Shown: piece after piece, positions 6,746 through 15,788 of the stretch | How the letters are laid out: each line of letters starts with the position of its first letter | Numbering within the stretch: position 1 is the first letter of the stretch | Notes under the pieces: model-generated | Seen by the model: only the letters and a program-made list of their open reading frames with translations | Databases searched by the model: none | Told to the model about the DNA's origin: nothing | DNA from: a virus | Virus record (IMG/VR): IMGVR_UViG_3300023181_000003 | Location: 1-64,000 of that record | Length of the DNA stretch: 64,000 bases | Reading direction: 5' to 3' (one strand) | Program-made: the position numbers and the translations under genes

Positions 6746-6831
6746 TAAATAACGTAGATGAACGGACGGCCATCCTTCACATTGCTCGCTCAGTGTGATA
6801 GTCTACACCAATTAAATATAGCGAGGTATGA

Positions 6832-7689
6832 ATGCGTAAGTATAAACTAAAAGATTTAGTGGGAACTAAATTAGGTTTTCTAGAAATAATTGCTAGAGAG
6901 CAAGAAGCAGAAAATGATACAGCTTACACAGCAAAATGGAGAGTCCGTTGTGCATGTGGTGAAGAAGTTATTTATGATCATAGAATTCTAACATCTAAGA
7001 AAAAGTCAAATTGTGGATGTGGTATGCGTAGTGAAAAATACCTCCCTGGTAAACAATTTTCTAAACTAACTATAGTTTCAAATGGACCACCCCATCCGAC
7101 AACACAATCTCCGAGGGTTTTCTGTAGATGTGAATGCGGAAATCCTGAACTAACCTTAGTGCAGAAGAATAACTTAATCTCTGGTAACACCACATCTTGT
7201 GGTTGTGTAGGTATTGCAAGTCGAATAACTCATGGTATGTCTAGTACACGAACTTACCAGATTTGGGAAGGTATGGTTCGTAGGTGTTCTGTTGGAAGAG
7301 AAGAAGAGTTTCCTTACCATGCAGGGAAAGGAATTCGAGTTTGTAAAGAGTGGAATCCGAAGTTAGGAGGGTCTTTTGAGAACTTCTATAAGGATATGGG
7401 AGAAGCTCCTGATAATCTTTCTATTGATCGTATTCACAATGATAATAACTATTTCAAAGAAAATTGCCGTTGGGCAACAAATAGTATCCAAGGCTATAAT
7501 AAAGGTTTAGACCCAAATAATAGTTCTGGTAAATCTGGTGTTAGTTTCTACAAACAGAATAATAAATGGTCTGCTGAAATACATGTAGACGGACAACATA
7601 TCCGACTAGGAATGTTTGAATATCTGGAGGATGCTATCAAAGCAAGAGAAAAAGCAGAGCTAGTCTACTATGGTTGGAATAAGCAATGA
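6832..7689 (+). CDS. HNH endonuclease with AP2-type DNA-binding domain (homing-endonuclease architecture)
   Basis: 285 aa. Two N-terminal Cys-rich repeats (..C.CGE...CGCG; ..CRCECG...SCGCV), HNH motif DRIHNDNNYFKENCRWATNSIQGYN, and C-terminal AP2-like GVSFYKQNNKWSAEIHVDGQHIRLGMFEYLEDAIKAREKAE. GAGG precedes the ATG. Confidence 0.8.
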   Translation: MRKYKLKDLVGTKLGFLEIIAREQEAENDTAYTAKWRVRCACGEEVIYDHRILTSKKKSNCGCGMRSEKYLPGKQFSKLTIVSNGPPHPTTQSPRVFCRCECGNPELTLVQKNNLISGNTTSCGCVGIASRITHGMSSTRTYQIWEGMVRRCSVGREEEFPYHAGKGIRVCKEWNPKLGGSFENFYKDMGEAPDNLSIDRIHNDNNYFKENCRWATNSIQGYNKGLDPNNSSGKSGVSFYKQNNKWSAEIHVDGQHIRLGMFEYLEDAIKAREKAELVYYGWNKQ

Positions 7690-7769
7690 GTGAACAGCAC
7701 TTCGGTCCTAGCAGCGAAAAACAGCAATGGTTTCTCTCTAGTGACGCTAATATTATTGTATATGGTGGT
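7686..7769 (+). CDS. terL: terminase large subunit, proposed exon 1 (28 codons)
   Basis: ATG overlaps the HNH stop (ATGA). MSEQHFGPSSEKQQWFLSSDANIIVYGG ends where TerL proteins run into the P-loop. Read through unspliced, the frame stops at 7812-7814. Confidence 0.55.
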
Positions 7770-7989
7770 AAACTTGTGCCTCCATTCAAAACTCTTTTAA
7801 ACGGGGAAACCTAAACAGATATTGCTGTAGGCAATCCCGTGCCAATGTTTAAAGACAGTGCGTAGAGGCCAGCCGCAAGGCGTAAGATTCAAGCGAATCT
7901 GAAACAGAGAGAATGTTTAAATACATTAAGAGATGGTCCGACACTCAGGGAAACTTGAGAGAGGTTTAGCGAACTTCATAACAGATACG
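7770..7989 (+). ncRNA. candidate self-splicing (group I-like) intron in terL; boundaries +/-3 nt
   Basis: 220 nt (220 mod 3 = 1, the frame offset between exon ORFs). Preceded by U and ends in G. GGUGGU/GCCUCC (7778-83) gives a P1-like pairing with terminal U-G. GNRA-capped hairpins at 7803-12, 7872-81 and 7944-59, plus hairpins at 7821-35, 7886-99 and 7912-27. Confidence 0.5.
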
Positions 7990-9393
7990 GCAATGGGTGG
8001 TGGCAAGTCCTATTGTGGCTTGTTACGCCATCTGAGATGGGTAGATGATCCTAATTATCGTGGATTCATTATCCGTAAAAACCAAACAACATTAGCTAAA
8101 TCTGGTGGTTTGTTTGATGAAGCTAAGACTCTTTACAGAGCATTTGAGCCTAGAGTAAAGATTAACAAGAAAGATATGAAGTTTGAGTTCCCTTCGGGGG
8201 CTGAGATTGCCATGTCCCATCTTGAAACAGACGATGACGCTGAGAAGTACCGTGGTTTACAAATCTCTGCGGCCATGATCGACGAGGCCACACAACTGAG
8301 CGAAGAAAATACTTTAGTTGTACTTTCACGTCTTAGGTCTAAAGCTAAGATGATTCCAAATCTTTTCCTAACGTGTAACCCGAATCCAGATTCTTATTTA
8401 CGTAAATGGATTGATTGGTGGATTATCCCTAAAGGTGCCACAAACGCAGGTCGTGCCAATCCAGACAGAGATGGAAAGATTCGTTGGTTCATTCGTCTAA
8501 ATAACGAGATGATATGGGCTGACACCAAGCAAGAATTACTAGAGCAGTATGCTTCTAGAGATTCTGATGGAAATATTCTTCCTGAAGATAGTGAATTCCA
8601 GTATATACGTCCTTTGTCATTGCAGTTTATATCTGCAACCATTTATGACAACCCTATACTTATTAAAACAAATCCAAACTACCTTGCCAACTTACTTGGA
8701 TTAAAACGAGTAAAGCAAGAGCGGGATTTATATGGTAATTGGGATATACGCGAAGACGCAGCAGGGTTCTGGAAAAGTGAATGGTTAGGAGAACCAGTAA
8801 AAGAATCTGATTATGATATTGTTTCATATTGCAGGGCATGGGATATCGCAGGTTCACTACCCTCAGAAGCAATGCCTAATCCAGACTGGACAGCCGGGGT
8901 ACTTATTGGAAAAAGCCGAGAAGGTATTTATCTAATTCTCGATGTAGTAAGATTCAGAGCAAGATTTGGCGAAGTAATGAAGAACATTATTTCTACTGCC
9001 TCTATCGATCCTGAAGGTACAAAAATTATATTACCACAAGAGCCAGGGCAAGCAGGTAAAGCAGCAGGGCAAATGATGATTCGTGAGTTAATTTCCGAAG
9101 GGTTTTATGCTCGTATGCGACCATCTAATAAATCTAAGCTTATACGTTTTCAACCCTTCGTGGCTGCATCAGAAGCAGGTATGGTGAGAATGGTACGAGG
9201 TCCTTGGAATGATGATTATACGTCTGAGTTAGTAGCCTTTGATGCAACACGTAACATTAAGGACGATCAAGTTGATGCCACATCAGACGCTTTTATCACA
9301 CTAGCTCAGAAAATTCAAATACCTAATATTCTATCTGGTATTCAATCAGCAAATTTATCAAGATCAAATCCACTCGTTGGATTAAATAACTAA
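7990..9393 (+). CDS. terL: terminase large subunit, main coding part (track ORF 7933..9393)
   Basis: Walker A AMGGGKS, Walker B-like AAMIDEAT, ~470 aa, immediately followed by the portal gene. The track ATG at 7933 has no usable SD and gives only 19 aa before the P-loop. Confidence 0.85.
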   Translation, partial: AMGGGKSYCGLLRHLRWVDDPNYRGFIIRKNQTTLAKSGGLFDEAKTLYRAFEPRVKINKKDMKFEFPSGAEIAMSHLETDDDAEKYRGLQISAAMIDEATQLSEENTLVVLSRLRSKAKMIPNLFLTCNPNPDSYLRKWIDWWIIPKGATNAGRANPDRDGKIRWFIRLNNEMIWADTKQELLEQYASRDSDGNILPEDSEFQYIRPLSLQFISATIYDNPILIKTNPNYLANLLGLKRVKQERDLYGNWDIREDAAGFWKSEWLGEPVKESDYDIVSYCRAWDIAGSLPSEAMPNPDWTAGVLIGKSREGIYLILDVVRFRARFGEVMKNIISTASIDPEGTKIILPQEPGQAGKAAGQMMIRELISEGFYARMRPSNKSKLIRFQPFVAASEAGMVRMVRGPWNDDYTSELVAFDATRNIKDDQVDATSDAFITLAQKIQIPNILSGIQSANLSRSNPLVGLNN

Positions 9394-9401
9394 GGAGAGA
9401 A

Positions 9402-10916
9402 ATGGAAGATTCACTTAAAAGTGATCAAACAGAAATTTCAAATCTCCAGCCTGGAACAAATCCAATACCATCTATCTCTCTTGGAGAAACAGGTTACAAC
9501 GGTCTAATTGTTCTTGGTGGAGATGTGTTTGAAGAGTGTCAACACGAATTGAGGTATCCTCAAGCAGTTGAAACATTCAAGAAAATGTCTAAAGATGGGG
9601 CTATTGCTCCTGCCTTAGAATTAGTTGAAATGTTAATATCTCGTGCTGATTGGTCTGTAAAAGTTCCAAAAGGATATGAAGAAGAATTAAAAGATAAAGC
9701 TATATTCATTGAACAGTGTGTATCTGATATGGATCACACATTCCAAGACTTTATCAAACAAGCTTCAAGCTTTAATAAATATGGATTCTCAGTTTGTGAG
9801 AAAGTCTTTCGTTATCGTCGTAAAGCCGATGGTTCAAGATTCGATGATGGATTGATTGGACTAAAGAAATTACCTCTACGCTCTCAAGATAGTATTGATT
9901 CTTGGAAATGGAGTAGTAAAGGCCGTGAGATTGCAGGGTTCTGGCAGAAAGTTAACATCATTAATAGTGAGACTTTCAATGGATGGGATTTTGTTCAATC
10001 AACAGGTACAGAGGATAATGGTTCAACATTAAAGTTTATCCCACGTAAAAAATATTTACACTTTAGAAACTCTCCAGAAAAAGATTCTCCTTATGGTAAA
10101 TCTCCTTTAGTTGGAGCATGGCAAGCGTGGCGCTACAAGCAGGCTTTTCAAGAAGCTGAAGCTATTGGTGTCTCACAAGATGCTAATGGATTTAAAGTCT
10201 TATACCTTCCTCCACAATACCTTGCACCTGACGCTTCAGAAGAAAATAAGGCAGTTTACGCAGAGTATAAAAAGATTATGGCAAACATTCAAGTTGCCAA
10301 ACAATCTGGATTAATTCTACCTTTGATCGTTGATGATCAAGGTAATAAGATGTTTGAGTTTGATATCAAGTCTATCACAGGCCAAAAGTCTTATGATACA
10401 GATGCAATTATTAAACGTTATACATCAGAGATTCTTTCCTCATTATTCGCTGATTTCTTAGCATTAGGTAGTAATGGGGGTGGCTCATTCAGCTTAGCTG
10501 AGTCTAAACTTTCTGTTATTGAAATGGCTATTGAATCAAGATTAAATGAAATCAAAGCTCAATTAAACCACGATCTGATTCCACAACTATTCGCTTTAAA
10601 TGGATGGTCTACCGAAGTTCTTCCTTATTTCACATATGGAAAAATTGGTAGCGTAAGTCTAGATGAAGTTGGTAAGTTTGTACAACGTGTTGCAGCAGTG
10701 GGGATGTTACCAAAAGATGCTCATGTAATTAACTGGTTACTAGCTCAAGCAGATATTCCATATCGTGTTGATGAAAATATGTCTGTAGAAGAATTAAGTA
10801 AAATTCTTACTCCCTTAGAAACTGGCGCTGCTGAGGGTATGGCCTCTGGTCTTCCCTCAGGCACTGGAAATTCTACAGGCAATAACTCTGCAACCAACAG
10901 CGACAACGCAGCATGA
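9402..10916 (+). CDS. portal protein
   Basis: 504 aa, directly downstream of terL and upstream of the prohead protease; call rests on position and size. Confidence 0.75.
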   Translation: MEDSLKSDQTEISNLQPGTNPIPSISLGETGYNGLIVLGGDVFEECQHELRYPQAVETFKKMSKDGAIAPALELVEMLISRADWSVKVPKGYEEELKDKAIFIEQCVSDMDHTFQDFIKQASSFNKYGFSVCEKVFRYRRKADGSRFDDGLIGLKKLPLRSQDSIDSWKWSSKGREIAGFWQKVNIINSETFNGWDFVQSTGTEDNGSTLKFIPRKKYLHFRNSPEKDSPYGKSPLVGAWQAWRYKQAFQEAEAIGVSQDANGFKVLYLPPQYLAPDASEENKAVYAEYKKIMANIQVAKQSGLILPLIVDDQGNKMFEFDIKSITGQKSYDTDAIIKRYTSEILSSLFADFLALGSNGGGSFSLAESKLSVIEMAIESRLNEIKAQLNHDLIPQLFALNGWSTEVLPYFTYGKIGSVSLDEVGKFVQRVAAVGMLPKDAHVINWLLAQADIPYRVDENMSVEELSKILTPLETGAAEGMASGLPSGTGNSTGNNSATNSDNAA

Positions 10917-10944
10917 TAGCTAAATTAAAATATAAGGAGGCTTC

Positions 10945-12336
10945 ATGTCTCATGAGTTAGTTCGATTAAAGAATAAACTATATAACACTCCCCACCTAAT
11001 CAATACAACATCATTTGAAACAATTCTAGAGTATCTTAACACAAGAAGTCTAGGTGGTTTTGTTCCAAAGCCTTTGCTTATTGAAGATGATGATTTTGTT
11101 CCTCCATCACAAGACGATGAAGATAATCAAAATTATGATGCTGATCTAAAGACAGGATTTATCCATATTGAAGGCCCACTTACATATAAGCCTGTAACCA
11201 TTATGGGGTTTGATTGTGGTGGGGCAAATTACCAGACCATTAAATCAGACTTTATTGATATGGTTGATGCTGGTGTAAAAACTATTGTATTAGCAATAGA
11301 CAGTGGTGGAGGTGAGGCATTCCAATGCTTCCCTACAGCACAATATATGCGTGACCTTGCAGATGAAAATAGTGTAAAGATTATTACATATGTAGACGGT
11401 ATGGCCGCTTCTGCTGCTTACGCACTAGGCTCCATTGCTGATGAATTGATTATGGCCCCATCATCTGAGGTAGGATCAATTGGTGTTTTAGTTCGTCTAT
11501 TTAATGATTCTAAAGCATTAGAGATGAACGGATATGAAAGAACATTTGTTAAAGCTGGTGGAGAAAAGATTCCATATGCTGAAGATGGTTCTTTCAGAAA
11601 AGAATTCATAGCTGACATTCAAGAAAAAGTGGATGTTATGTATGGAGAGTTTGTTGATCATGTTGCGCAAATGCGTGGATTGTCAGCAGACGCAGTTAGG
11701 GCCACTGAAGCTAAAACCTTTCTCCCTGAGAAGGCAATGCAACTTGGACTAGCTGAAAGTGTGATGACTTTAGAGGAACTACACGATTACTTAGTCACTT
11801 CAGCCCAATCTCAAGGAGAACAGATGTTCAATAAACGAACACCTAAATTTAAACTAGATAAACAAGAGGAAAATCTTGACATGACCCAAATTGCAGAACT
11901 GCAATCTCAGCTACAAGCACTTACAGGACAACTAGAAGGCGTAAACGCTGAACTTGTTAATTCTGCTTCTGCTCTAGCTCTCGCCCAAACTACTCTAACT
12001 GAAAAAGAACTAGCTCTAACTGAAGCACTCTCACAAGTTGCCTCTCTAGAAGCTGCACAACTAGATGCTAAAGCATCAGCCCGTAAACAATCCTTGGCTG
12101 CTGTCCTAGCGGCTGATAAAGTGGAAGCTACTGCTACTGCTCTATCTGGCCTAGATGACACTGCTTTTGATACTGTCCTAGCAAGCTACAAAGCACAAGC
12201 TGAAGTTAACAAAGCTTCAGAACTAATGCAAGAACTTGGTGGCGAAGGTGCTGTTGTTGATACAACTAAAAAAGTTGAAAGTAAATCAACAACTTCTAAA
12301 GCACTTGAACAAAAACTTGGCAAAGTAAGCCAGTAA
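10945..12336 (+). CDS. prohead serine protease (S49/ClpP-like) fused to scaffold-like coiled coil
   Basis: 463 aa; IDSGGGE and GMAASAAYALGS motifs of S49-type peptidases; Ala/Leu/Gln-rich C-terminal third (QSQLQALTGQLEG...). Confidence 0.75.
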   Translation: MSHELVRLKNKLYNTPHLINTTSFETILEYLNTRSLGGFVPKPLLIEDDDFVPPSQDDEDNQNYDADLKTGFIHIEGPLTYKPVTIMGFDCGGANYQTIKSDFIDMVDAGVKTIVLAIDSGGGEAFQCFPTAQYMRDLADENSVKIITYVDGMAASAAYALGSIADELIMAPSSEVGSIGVLVRLFNDSKALEMNGYERTFVKAGGEKIPYAEDGSFRKEFIADIQEKVDVMYGEFVDHVAQMRGLSADAVRATEAKTFLPEKAMQLGLAESVMTLEELHDYLVTSAQSQGEQMFNKRTPKFKLDKQEENLDMTQIAELQSQLQALTGQLEGVNAELVNSASALALAQTTLTEKELALTEALSQVASLEAAQLDAKASARKQSLAAVLAADKVEATATALSGLDDTAFDTVLASYKAQAEVNKASELMQELGGEGAVVDTTKKVESKSTTSKALEQKLGKVSQ

Positions 12337-12372
12337 TTTTCTAAAAACAACAACTCAAATTAAAGGTAAATT

Positions 12373-12813
12373 ATGCCATTCGTTTCACGTCCTTATGATG
12401 ATCGTTTCTCAGACCTAGTATTCCACGAACATGATCCATGTGTTGGTTATGCTCGTGAGTCTGTTAACGTAACACCTCCTGCTGCTTCAGCACCTGTACT
12501 AATTGGTACAGTTGTTTTCCGTGCTAAGAGTCTAGACCCTGCTGCTCCTTATGCTGTTCTAACTGCTGCTGCTTCAATTGTAGCTACCAATGAATTTGCT
12601 GTCATCTACGGTGATCAGTATTCATTCAACCCTTCATTCGTTCCTAACGCCATCGTTGCTAATGAATTCAACGCTGTTGGTTTTGTGCGTGGTCCTCTAC
12701 AAATTAAAGAGTACTTCGTTAAACAACGTCATGCTGCTCTAACTGCTCCACAGTTTGAAACTCTACGCCAAGCACTAAAGGCTCAAGGCATCATCATGGA
12801 AAAAACACTATAA
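12373..12813 (+). CDS. head decoration protein (lambda gpD-position)
   Basis: 146 aa between the protease/scaffold and the major capsid gene, matching the lambda C-Nu3-D-E order; position only. Confidence 0.5.
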   Translation: MPFVSRPYDDRFSDLVFHEHDPCVGYARESVNVTPPAASAPVLIGTVVFRAKSLDPAAPYAVLTAAASIVATNEFAVIYGDQYSFNPSFVPNAIVANEFNAVGFVRGPLQIKEYFVKQRHAALTAPQFETLRQALKAQGIIMEKTL

Positions 12814-12863
12814 AGATTAGTCTTAATAGAATATTCCATATAACAATAAATTGAAAGATAAAT

Positions 12864-13952
12864 ATGCCATTAGTTATTAACCGTGATTCAGCCTCTGGCG
12901 ATAAAGTAGTTGACCGTACAACCGAACTTGTAGACATTCCTAACAACGTAGGTGTTATGCCTGCTCTAAACCTCTTCCAAGATGTTTATAGCTCACAGAA
13001 ACGCATTGAAGTTGTTCGTACTACAAAAGGCAATCACATTGCTGTTGACCGTAATTGGGATGAACGTAACAGCACTATTGCTGGTCGTGAACGCGATAGC
13101 CTCTTACTAAAAATTCCTCACTTCCCGCTAGATGACGCTATCACACCAAATGATATCGATGGTACTGTGCAAGTGGATAGCATTGCTGAAGCCCTTGAGC
13201 TAGAGACAGTTGCTAACGTTCGTGCTGACAAGATGATTGACCTACGCCTAGCGCATGGTCTAACTCTAGAGAATGCCCGTATGCAGCTTATCACCACTGG
13301 TACTGTATATGCTCCTACTGGAACTCTACGTACAAGCTACGGCCCAACAGTTAACTTCTATACAGAGTTTGGCGTTACACGTACAGAACTACCATTTGAT
13401 TTTACTGGTGCTACAGACCCTCGTGGACCTCTAGAGGCTGCTCGTCGTGCTTCTGTTGCCGGTATCCGTAATGGTCAAGCTGGTGCTCTACGTGGCTTCG
13501 TAGCTCTATGCTCAAGCACATTCTTTGACGCTCTATATACAAATGCGTATGTAACTGATGCTGTTAAGTATTTCCAACAACCGATCAGCGTACCTCTCCT
13601 AACTGCTCGTCCTGATGCAAACTTTGGTGATGCACGTTTCCGTGAAGTTACTCTATGGGGTATTACCTTCATCGACGTTGGTATGGGTGGCTATGATGCC
13701 CCAGGTACTGGAACTTTTGTTCCTTATATCCCTGAAGGTGATGCATATCTAATGCCTCTAGGTGTTCGTGATATGTTCAAAACTTATTATGCTCCTGCTA
13801 ATAAGTTTGCAACTATCAACCGTCAAGCACAAGGTAGCTACTGGTTTGAATATGCCAATGAAAAAGATGACATCATCGAAATCATGACAGAACAAAACTT
13901 CTTAAACGCTTGCCTATACCCACAAGCAATTGTGCGTCTATACCTAGACTAA
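12864..13952 (+). CDS. major capsid protein (gpE-like position)
   Basis: 362 aa; follows the decoration gene and is followed by a strong hairpin terminator. Confidence 0.8.
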   Translation: MPLVINRDSASGDKVVDRTTELVDIPNNVGVMPALNLFQDVYSSQKRIEVVRTTKGNHIAVDRNWDERNSTIAGRERDSLLLKIPHFPLDDAITPNDIDGTVQVDSIAEALELETVANVRADKMIDLRLAHGLTLENARMQLITTGTVYAPTGTLRTSYGPTVNFYTEFGVTRTELPFDFTGATDPRGPLEAARRASVAGIRNGQAGALRGFVALCSSTFFDALYTNAYVTDAVKYFQQPISVPLLTARPDANFGDARFREVTLWGITFIDVGMGGYDAPGTGTFVPYIPEGDAYLMPLGVRDMFKTYYAPANKFATINRQAQGSYWFEYANEKDDIIEIMTEQNFLNACLYPQAIVRLYLD

Positions 13953-13961
13953 AATAAATAG

Positions 13962-13999
13962 TGGGGAAACGAGGTGTAACAATCTCCTTCCCCATTTTT
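13962..13999 (+). terminator. rho-independent terminator after capsid gene
   Basis: TGGGGAA...TTCCCCA stem (inner GAG/CTC) followed by TTTTT. Confidence 0.55.
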
Positions 14000-14025
14000 G
14001 TTTATAACATAATTTAAGGATTAAT

Positions 14026-14259
14026 ATGGCATTATCATATAATATTGGGCACTTTGGCACAGTTGAAGAACTTAATGAACTTCTAGCTGCTGGCACTCTA
14101 GTATCTGCTGCTACACTTACAGTCAATGGTACTGTAAAGAAAGCTGCCTTTGTTGCTGCTGCACCGGTACCTTTCGCTGATCTTACAGCCGCTGCTAACG
14201 CTTATAACGCTCTACGCACTTCATTAATTAATGCTGGTCATCTAGCAGCCACAGCTTAA
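14026..14259 (+). CDS. hypothetical Ala-rich structural protein
   Basis: ORF track, 77 aa; in the head module. Confidence 0.55.
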   Translation: MALSYNIGHFGTVEELNELLAAGTLVSAATLTVNGTVKKAAFVAAAPVPFADLTAAANAYNALRTSLINAGHLAATA

Positions 14260-14273
14260 TAGGTGGCGGTTAA

Positions 14274-15335
14274 ATGAAATTTCCTTTTTCTATTGGAAAT
14301 TATGGATTAACCAAGATAATTAACGATCTATTTAAAGACAATTCTCAGTTTTGGGTTACTATAACTGAAATGATTGACTCTAAATTGTCCCCTGTAAAAC
14401 AGTCAATAACAAATATTCAAAATCAAACATCTACAGACATTCTAAATACTAAAATACAAACTACTGTATCTGAATGGTTGACACAAAACCCTGTCAATGT
14501 TGGAGAGAAGGGTGATCAAGGTATTCAGGGCATTAAAGGGGATAAGGGAGATTTTGGATCAATTGGCAGTAAAGGAGAGCCCGGCATTCCCGGTCCTCAG
14601 GGTGCCCAAGGAGAGATTGGATTAGTTGGTCCTCAAGGAGATGTTGGACCTCCTGGCCCGCAAGGTATTACAGGACTCACAGGTGAGCAGGGATTACAGG
14701 GAATACAAGGTGAAATAGGTATCCAGGGTGAACAGGGAGTAGAAGGACCAATAGGGCCTACAGGAATTCAAGGATTGCAAGGCTTTAAAGGTGATACAGG
14801 TCCCCAAGGAATTACTGGAGCTACAGGACAACAAGGTATTCCTGGCGAGATAGGAATACAGGGTTTGAAGGGAGATATGGGGGCTTCAGGTCCACAAGGA
14901 CTGCAAGGATTCCCAGGTATTCAAGGACCAATAGGTATAACTGGTGCAGAAGGGCCTAGGGGTTTACAAGGTATTCAAGGCTTAATTGGTGTCACTGGAC
15001 CACAAGGAATCAAGGGAGATACTGGACTAACTGGCTCAATAGGGCCTGCTGGTAGAACTTTTGTTGGTACTGTGATTGTTAATGAAAGTATATTAGTTGT
15101 CTTAGGTGCAGGAAATAGAAAAGTTTCTAGAACACTTACAGGGATACTAGCAAACGATGATTTAATTATTGTGCCCATCCCTACAGCTACGAATCCAGAT
15201 GGACTACCAACAGGTTTTGCTATTCAAGGTGCAACTGCTCCATCAGCAGGAAACATAGTTGTTACTGTAAATACTCCAGCTTTGGCTATAGGAGCAACTT
15301 ATACAATCACATGTCGCGTATACGCATTAAGGTAA
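14274..15335 (+). CDS. collagen-like repeat protein (head/tail fibre candidate)
   Basis: 353 aa; uninterrupted Gly-X-Y run of about 60 triplets (aa 77-260, nt 14502-15053), flanked by a 76-aa N-terminal and a ~90-aa C-terminal non-repeat domain. Confidence 0.85.
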   Translation: MKFPFSIGNYGLTKIINDLFKDNSQFWVTITEMIDSKLSPVKQSITNIQNQTSTDILNTKIQTTVSEWLTQNPVNVGEKGDQGIQGIKGDKGDFGSIGSKGEPGIPGPQGAQGEIGLVGPQGDVGPPGPQGITGLTGEQGLQGIQGEIGIQGEQGVEGPIGPTGIQGLQGFKGDTGPQGITGATGQQGIPGEIGIQGLKGDMGASGPQGLQGFPGIQGPIGITGAEGPRGLQGIQGLIGVTGPQGIKGDTGLTGSIGPAGRTFVGTVIVNESILVVLGAGNRKVSRTLTGILANDDLIIVPIPTATNPDGLPTGFAIQGATAPSAGNIVVTVNTPALAIGATYTITCRVYALR

Positions 15336-15338
15336 ATT

Positions 15339-15776
15339 ATGGATGATGCAGCAAAAATCAGTTTAATAAGGTTGCTTATTGGTGATATCCCTTCATCTCC
15401 TTTTTATCCTCTTTTTACAGATGAGCAATATGAAGAGTTTCTAGTATTAGGCGCTGGTGACGTATTACGTTCAGCCCGTTGGGCAGCTATTTCAGCCTCA
15501 ATGATTGTTGGAACTTACAACACCCGTGAGCGCACAGGTGATATTGAAGTATGGAATTCTTATGGAACTAATTACCTTGCAGCTTTAAAACTGTTCCTTG
15601 GTAACAATTCTGTAAATATTCCAGATGGATTAATGCCTTGGGCTGCTGGAATGAGTCGTGCTGAGATGTGCGAATATGCTCGTAATCCTGATAGGATTCC
15701 TAATAATCTTCTAGAAATTTATGTCTGTGATGGTGATAACCTTTGCAGCCCATGTGCAACTACAAATTGTTGTTAA
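15339..15776 (+). CDS. head-tail connector/adaptor candidate
   Basis: ORF track, 145 aa; lies between head and tail modules; Cys-rich C-terminus CDGDNLCSPCATTNCC. Confidence 0.55.
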   Translation: MDDAAKISLIRLLIGDIPSSPFYPLFTDEQYEEFLVLGAGDVLRSARWAAISASMIVGTYNTRERTGDIEVWNSYGTNYLAALKLFLGNNSVNIPDGLMPWAAGMSRAEMCEYARNPDRIPNNLLEIYVCDGDNLCSPCATTNCC

Positions 15777-15788
15777 TAAGGTGACCCA

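Noticed and set aside
7933-7989. ATG at 7933 as the true start of terL (as in the ORF track)
   Set aside because: There is no SD at usable spacing (AAGAG abuts the ATG). Only 19 residues would precede a P-loop lacking its first Gly. A much better N-terminal terminase segment lies upstream in another frame. Kept as an alternative only if splicing is disproved.
11907-12161. Antisense ORFs within structural genes (e.g. 11418..11618, 11907..12161, 13475..13672, 14975..15178, 21717..22028, 22249..22470, 23133..23423, 25591..25833, 26448..26663)
   Set aside because: All lie opposite long, syntenic structural genes. Their Ala/Ser/Arg-rich composition is typical of antisense frames.
14502-15053. DNA-level tandem repeat or CRISPR-like array
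   Set aside because: The 9-nt periodicity comes from Gly-X-Y codons in an open reading frame. The units have diverged and there is no repeat-spacer architecture. No CRISPR array was seen anywhere in the window.
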